The position numbers and the translations under genes are program-made. This document shows, in pieces, positions 59,032-64,000 of a DNA stretch of 64,000 bases (its first letter is position 1; each line of letters opens with the position of its first letter). Location of the stretch: assembly GCA_963664815.2 (NCBI GenBank), contig CAXXHB010000003.1, positions 1,600,001-1,664,000 on the forward strand. The letters run 5' to 3'. Under the pieces are notes generated by a model that was not told the DNA's origin, ran no database searches, and worked only from the letters and a program-made list of their open reading frames with translations. Origin of the DNA: Spirochaetota bacterium. GTDB taxonomy: Bacteria > Spirochaetota > UBA4802 > UBA5550.

Positions 59032-61197
59032 ATGATCAGTGAGCGTGAAATAAGGAATATACTCGGGAAGGTTCCGGGATTGGTGTATCGCTGTCTAAAA
59101 GACCCGGACTGGACAGTTGAATATATAAGCGAAGGATCTTTCCCCTTGACCGGTTATCACCCGGACGAACTTATACTCAACAGAAACATGCCGTACAGAA
59201 GCATTATTCACAGTGACGACAGAAGATATGTCAGTGAAGAGATTCATAAGTCTATAATGAGAAAAGAACAGTGGGAGATAGAATACAGAATCATCACTCG
59301 TGATAATATCGGGAAATGGGTATTTGAGCGCGGCCAGGTTTCAGGTTTAAATCCTGAGGGCATAGAAATACTTGAGGGATTTATTACCGATATTACTGAT
59401 CAGAAGAAATCAGAAAACGACATGAGGGTGAGTGAGGAGCAGTATCGAACCCTTTTTGAAAATACAGGGTCGGGAATAATTGTAATTGAAGAGGATACCA
59501 CTATCAGCCTTGCAAACCAGATCTTTGCAGATAATACAGGCTATACAAGGGAGGAGATACAGAACCGGAAGAAGTGGACCGAAATGGTTTATAAAGATGA
59601 TATTGAGTATGCATTGAAGGAACACCATCTGAGGCGGGAGAATCCGTCACAGGCAAGGTCAAGCTATGAATGCAGGTTTATAAACAGGAATAATGAAATA
59701 GGGTACTACCTACTCTTCGTTTCTGTTATACCGGGTACAAAAAGAAGCATCGCATCACTTGTCGATATAACCGACCGTAAAAAAGCCGAAGCCGCCCTGG
59801 AGGCTGCGGAAGAGAAGTACCGCAACCTTCTTATGAATGCCCCTATAGGCATTTTCAGAACCGAGGTGCATATGGGTCTTTTACTCGAGGCAAATGACTG
59901 CTTTGCGCAGTTGTTCGGATACAGGGACAGGGATGATATGCTGTCTGAACCTGTATATATTGAAAATTTCTATGTTGATAAAAATGCCCGGAAGGAGATG
60001 GTGGATATTCTCAAGGAGCATGGAGAAATAAAGAACTACGAAGCTGAGTTTATTCGCAGGGACGGCTCAACTTTCTGGATACGCTACTCGGTTAATCTTG
60101 TTGCTGATAAGGGATGGATTGAAGGAATAAATGAGGATATTACCGATCTGAAAATTTCAGAAGAGGAGAGAAACATCATATTCAATGAACTGATAGCCAG
60201 CGAGAAGAAGTACAGGCTTATCTTTGAAAACTCGCCGATGGGATTGTTTCATTTCAACAAAAGCGGGATTATAACCGACTGCAATCCTGCATTTGAGAAG
60301 ATTACAGAATCCGGATGGTCAGTTATAATAGGTCAGGATATGCTGAAGCTGTATAACGCAGGGATTGTTTCCGCAGCTGCTGATGCGTTATATGGTTACC
60401 CGGCTAATTACCAGGGTGTTTACCGTATTCTTAAGTCGGGGAAAGATAAGCTTGTAAATATACAGTTTGAACCTGCGTATGATGAACACAAGACCATCAC
60501 CGGCGGGATAGGGATAGTGCAGGACATTACGTATACCCGTGGAGTGGAAAGGGCTATATTCGATGAACTTGAGAAGGAGCGTTCGCGCATAGGGCATATA
60601 CTTCATGACAGCCTTGGTCAGAAGCTGGGGGCGGTTCTTTATCTATCACAGGCATTTCACCGAAAGTATAATAAAATCGGCAAGTTATCAGAACATGATC
60701 TGGGGCAGCTGGTTGAAATCGCTTCGTCTGCACTTGAAGAGACCCGGACACTCAGCAGGGGGCTTGATCTGTCAGTTATTGATACAGGTGGATTTATTGA
60801 GTCTCTTGGAGAGGTCGCAATGAGTACCAGAAGTGTGTATGGAATTGATGTGGATATTGATGTAAAGGATTCAATAAATTGTTTTGAAAAATTAAAACTT
60901 GTAAACCTGTATTATATAATACTTGAGTCGATAAATAATGCAATAAAGCATGGCAGGGCATCCAAAATATTGCTGAGGTATTACATGGAAAGTACAAAAG
61001 GCTTCTTTATAATCGAAAGCAGACAGAGATCTGTTATGAAGAATGAAAATTCAGGTATGGGGCTCAGAATAATGAAATACCGTGCCGAAGTAGCAGGAAT
61101 GGATTTTAGCATAAGTTCTGAAGGGAAAAAAGTTGTGGTAGCTGTTTCACTGGGGGACTGCCATGATGACGTTAATATTGAGAAACAGAGAGTTTAG
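59032..61197 (+). CDS. Multi-PAS sensor histidine kinase (NarX/HisKA_3-type)
   Basis: Four PAS/PAC modules; ERSRIGHILHDSLGQ H-box; ESINNAIKHG; GMGLRIM. Confidence 0.92.
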   Translation: MISEREIRNILGKVPGLVYRCLKDPDWTVEYISEGSFPLTGYHPDELILNRNMPYRSIIHSDDRRYVSEEIHKSIMRKEQWEIEYRIITRDNIGKWVFERGQVSGLNPEGIEILEGFITDITDQKKSENDMRVSEEQYRTLFENTGSGIIVIEEDTTISLANQIFADNTGYTREEIQNRKKWTEMVYKDDIEYALKEHHLRRENPSQARSSYECRFINRNNEIGYYLLFVSVIPGTKRSIASLVDITDRKKAEAALEAAEEKYRNLLMNAPIGIFRTEVHMGLLLEANDCFAQLFGYRDRDDMLSEPVYIENFYVDKNARKEMVDILKEHGEIKNYEAEFIRRDGSTFWIRYSVNLVADKGWIEGINEDITDLKISEEERNIIFNELIASEKKYRLIFENSPMGLFHFNKSGIITDCNPAFEKITESGWSVIIGQDMLKLYNAGIVSAAADALYGYPANYQGVYRILKSGKDKLVNIQFEPAYDEHKTITGGIGIVQDITYTRGVERAIFDELEKERSRIGHILHDSLGQKLGAVLYLSQAFHRKYNKIGKLSEHDLGQLVEIASSALEETRTLSRGLDLSVIDTGGFIESLGEVAMSTRSVYGIDVDIDVKDSINCFEKLKLVNLYYIILESINNAIKHGRASKILLRYYMESTKGFFIIESRQRSVMKNENSGMGLRIMKYRAEVAGMDFSISSEGKKVVVAVSLGDCHDDVNIEKQRV

Positions 61198-61209
61198 AGT
61201 GGTAATTAT

Positions 61210-61860
61210 ATGAGCGGATCAAAAATAAGAGTAATGCTTCTTGACGACCATCCTGCAATAAGGCATGGGCTTGCAATGGCTATTGATCTTGAGGATGATA
61301 TGATTGTAACTGCACAGAGTCCTGATGTGAATGGAGCAATGAATATACTAGCAAAGGAAGAGACAGATGTGGTTCTAGTTGATATATCTCTTGAAGGAAC
61401 GGCAGACGGTTTCGATTTCATAAAGGGGGCACATGAGAGGTATCCCGGTGTAAAGACAGTGGTTCTCTCCATGTACGATGAGGCCTTTTATGCTGAAAAG
61501 GCAATTCAGTCCGGCGCAACGGGATATATAACCAAGAGGGAACCTGTTCAGGTGATAATCACAGGGATACGGGATGTAATGAAGGGGAATCTTTATCTTC
61601 CTGGTGATATTTCGGGGAAGCTGATTAAAAAACTGATGAAAATGGATATGCCGGAGAAAGATCATTACAGCGGCCTTACACCCCGCGAGTGTGATGTGCT
61701 TCGTCTTATAGGAGCGGGATATACTCCGCAGGAGATTGCAAGAGAACTAAATCTGAGCGTAAATACAGTTGAAACCCACCGCAGGCATCTGAAGGAGAAG
61801 CTTGGTCTGGAGAGCAGCAGGGAGCTGTTCAAGCATGCCATAAAAGTATCGGAAAAATAA
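61210..61860 (+). CDS. NarL/LuxR family response regulator
   Basis: LDDHP, VDISL, LSMY, GYITK; LTPRE...LSVNTVETHR. Confidence 0.95.
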   Translation: MSGSKIRVMLLDDHPAIRHGLAMAIDLEDDMIVTAQSPDVNGAMNILAKEETDVVLVDISLEGTADGFDFIKGAHERYPGVKTVVLSMYDEAFYAEKAIQSGATGYITKREPVQVIITGIRDVMKGNLYLPGDISGKLIKKLMKMDMPEKDHYSGLTPRECDVLRLIGAGYTPQEIARELNLSVNTVETHRRHLKEKLGLESSRELFKHAIKVSEK

Positions 61861-62045
61861 AAATTATATATCCTTTCTGTCACAGCCGTATGTTATACAT
61901 AACATTTATCTGTGATGTTGTTATTCTGTCTCCATGTTATTGAATAAAAGCAATTTTATGGTTATGTATACTAGTTTTATTGTTAATGCAGCATTTTAAG
62001 ATTGAAATAGAAAATAGTCTGTCAATCGACAGAATCAATACACCG

Positions 62046-62145
62046 CATTTCGAAGAAGCGATAGCGACTGAGCAGTTCGGCAGACTCACTGACCGTTATA
62101 AATGGCTGCTGAGTTTAGCCGAAGCAATCACATACGTTCGAAATG
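62046..62145. repeat. Nested palindromic REP/MITE-like element
   Basis: Outer IR CATTTCGAA (62046-62054) / TTCGAAATG (62137-62145); inner IR TTCGGCAGACTCA / TGAGTTTAGCCGAA; GC-richer than flanks. Confidence 0.55.
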
Positions 62146-62468
62146 ACAAGGTCTGATTATTTCGTAAAATGCTATAGTTTAAATCGTTTAATTTATTAAT
62201 GTATATTTTTTAAGGTGAGGTTATTCCGATGGGCAAATACTTCGCGGAAACCTTACCGCTATAAATAAACGTAAATGTATTATACCTGTTAAAAACTAAT
62301 TAATTTAATCCCTTATGGCCGTTCATGATGTGGTGCAATGAGCCTGTCGATGGCAGGATTTGTATCAGGTACCATTTTGAGCGGCATATGAAGTTTTTAC
62401 TGTTTTAAAAAGCTGTGACTGCGAAATCTTAAAGACTTGCAGGTTAATATATATACGGATTTAATGAA

Positions 62469-64000
62469 GTGAATTTCTATAATAAGACAATTCTTCTTGT
62501 TGAAGATGAAGCAATAAATGCCAGGTTGAGCAAAAGAGCTCTTGAAAAATACGGGTACCGGGTGATACATGCAACTTCCGGCGAGGAAGCAGTGACTATC
62601 ATTAAGTCCACGCCGGAAATTGACCTGGCACTTATGGATATAGACCTGGGTGACGGCATTGACGGAACCGAGGCCGCAGAGATAATCCTTGAGAATCGTG
62701 ATATACCGCTTGTTTTCCTTTCCTCACATACAGAACCGGAAATAGTAAAAAAAACTGAAGAGATAACCTCCTATGGCTATATAGTCAAGAATTCCGGAGA
62801 TACTATTCTTATGGCCTCCATGAAGATGGCCTTCAGGCTTTTTGAGGCCAGGAAAAAGGAGGAGGAGAACGAGAGAAGGTTAACCGAAAGTGAGATGTAT
62901 TACCGCTCGATCTTTGAATATACCGGGACATCCATGTTTATTGTGGAGAATGATATGACAATCGTCATGGTCAATGACGAGTTTATCCATCGCTTCGGTT
63001 ACTCCAGGGAGGAGGTTGTCGGGATTATGAAATGGCCGGAGATTATACACCCTGACAGCTTAGAGTTTATGAAAGAACAGCACCGCCTGAGGCGTGTAAA
63101 TGAAAAAGAGGCATGGCAGGGATATGAACTAAAATACATAACCAGAACGGGGGAAACGCGCTTTGCATTCATTACAGTCGGGATGATACCCGGCACAGAA
63201 AGAAGCATTGCCTCGATAACAGATCTGAATGATCAGAAGAATGCAGAGATGGTTATAATTAATAAAAACGAAGAGCTGGCCGCCATGAATGAGGAGTTTG
63301 AAGCCGCAAACGAGGAACTTATTCAGATCATAAGCCAGCTTGAAGAGAGAGAGGATGAGTATCGTGTTCTCCTTGAAACATCATCTTCGGGAGTCTATAT
63401 AGTTTCAGAGGGGAAATTGAGTATTTTCAATCACTCGGTTGTAGATATTACAGGGTATCCCGAGGATGAACTGCTGAGTAAACCGCTTATATCTTTTATT
63501 CATCCCGATGATGTTGAGATGGTAATAGAACATTACAACAGTATAATCAGAAACAAAGATATTGAGATAAATACTCCCATGAGGATTTTATCACCGGATA
63601 ATAAGATCAGGTGGATTGGTTTAAAATCCAGGTTTATAAAATGGGGGGGGAAAAAGGCAACATTAAATTTTATCAGCGATATAACCGCACGAAAGGAGGC
63701 GGAGGAGTCTCTGATTATAGCGGAGGAAACATACAGGGATCTTTTTATGAATTCCCAGGTCGGAATTTTCAGGACAGAAACAGATACAGGGATGGTTGTG
63801 GAAGCGAATGATTATTTTGCACAGTTGTTGGGGTACAGAAACCGTGATGATATGCTGGCTGAACCGGTCTGTGTTAAAGGGTGGTACGCAGATTCCGGAG
63901 AGCGTGAAAAAATTATTGATATACTGAAAGAGAAGGGTGAACTGAAAAACTATGATGCCCGTTTCAGAAGGGATAATGGTCCTGTTATCTGGCTCAGATA
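62469..64000 (+). CDS. Receiver + multi-PAS signalling protein (runs off window end)
   Basis: GTG 62469: ILLVEDE...LMDIDLG.GIDG..FLSSH..GYIVK receiver, then PAS modules (YRSIFEYTG, GIFRTE); frame appears open to 64000; absent from the ORF track because it has no stop. Confidence 0.88.
   Translation, partial: MNFYNKTILLVEDEAINARLSKRALEKYGYRVIHATSGEEAVTIIKSTPEIDLALMDIDLGDGIDGTEAAEIILENRDIPLVFLSSHTEPEIVKKTEEITSYGYIVKNSGDTILMASMKMAFRLFEARKKEEENERRLTESEMYYRSIFEYTGTSMFIVENDMTIVMVNDEFIHRFGYSREEVVGIMKWPEIIHPDSLEFMKEQHRLRRVNEKEAWQGYELKYITRTGETRFAFITVGMIPGTERSIASITDLNDQKNAEMVIINKNEELAAMNEEFEAANEELIQIISQLEEREDEYRVLLETSSSGVYIVSEGKLSIFNHSVVDITGYPEDELLSKPLISFIHPDDVEMVIEHYNSIIRNKDIEINTPMRILSPDNKIRWIGLKSRFIKWGGKKATLNFISDITARKEAEESLIIAEETYRDLFMNSQVGIFRTETDTGMVVEANDYFAQLLGYRNRDDMLAEPVCVKGWYADSGEREKIIDILKEKGELKNYDARFRRDNGPVIWLR

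Noticed and set aside
63643-63650. G8 homopolymer as a phase-variation tract
   Set aside because: Short and in frame (Trp-Gly-Gly); no evidence of slippage from a single sequence
1-64000. CRISPR array / cas genes, rRNA, tRNA
   Set aside because: No regularly spaced direct repeats, cas motifs or structural RNA signatures seen by eye; the CHAT gene is not part of a CRISPR locus here

Overview
AT-rich bacterial chromosomal window, probably from an anaerobe; the gene content and lipoprotein style suggest Spirochaetota, which is inference only. Bases 1-7.8 kb hold small metabolic and regulatory genes plus decayed remnants. A dead IS701-like element with intact terminal inverted repeats lies at ~7.83-9.14 kb. 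It is followed by a ~26.3-kb, 17-gene, tightly coupled + strand operon (9290-35602). That operon encodes, in order: a divergent ECF-sigma-like protein; a candidate anti-sigma; a CHAT/caspase-pseudokinase-degenerate AAA+ fusion; a Ycf46-like AAA+; a CDC48/FtsH-type AAA+; a MoxR/RavA AAA+ and several small or unknown partners; membrane proteins and a 1791-aa beta-rich surface protein; and a NrdG-like radical SAM enzyme. Its core resembles the FtsH/MoxR/vWA 'ternary' conflict systems, but with a sigma/anti-sigma/caspase head and a membrane tail that I do not recognise as described. A (T/A)(T/A/C)TCGTCT(A/G)T ECF-type -10 motif sits upstream of the operon and of several neighbouring envelope, SPFH, Sel1 and lipoprotein genes (35.6-43.6 kb), suggesting a local regulon. 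From 45 to 64 kb are ordinary standalone accessory genes (MarR-GNAT, PaaI, nucleotidyltransferase, AraC regulators, outer-membrane protein, RND pump, amidase, deaminase, PAS two-component genes). No rRNA, tRNA or CRISPR array was seen.
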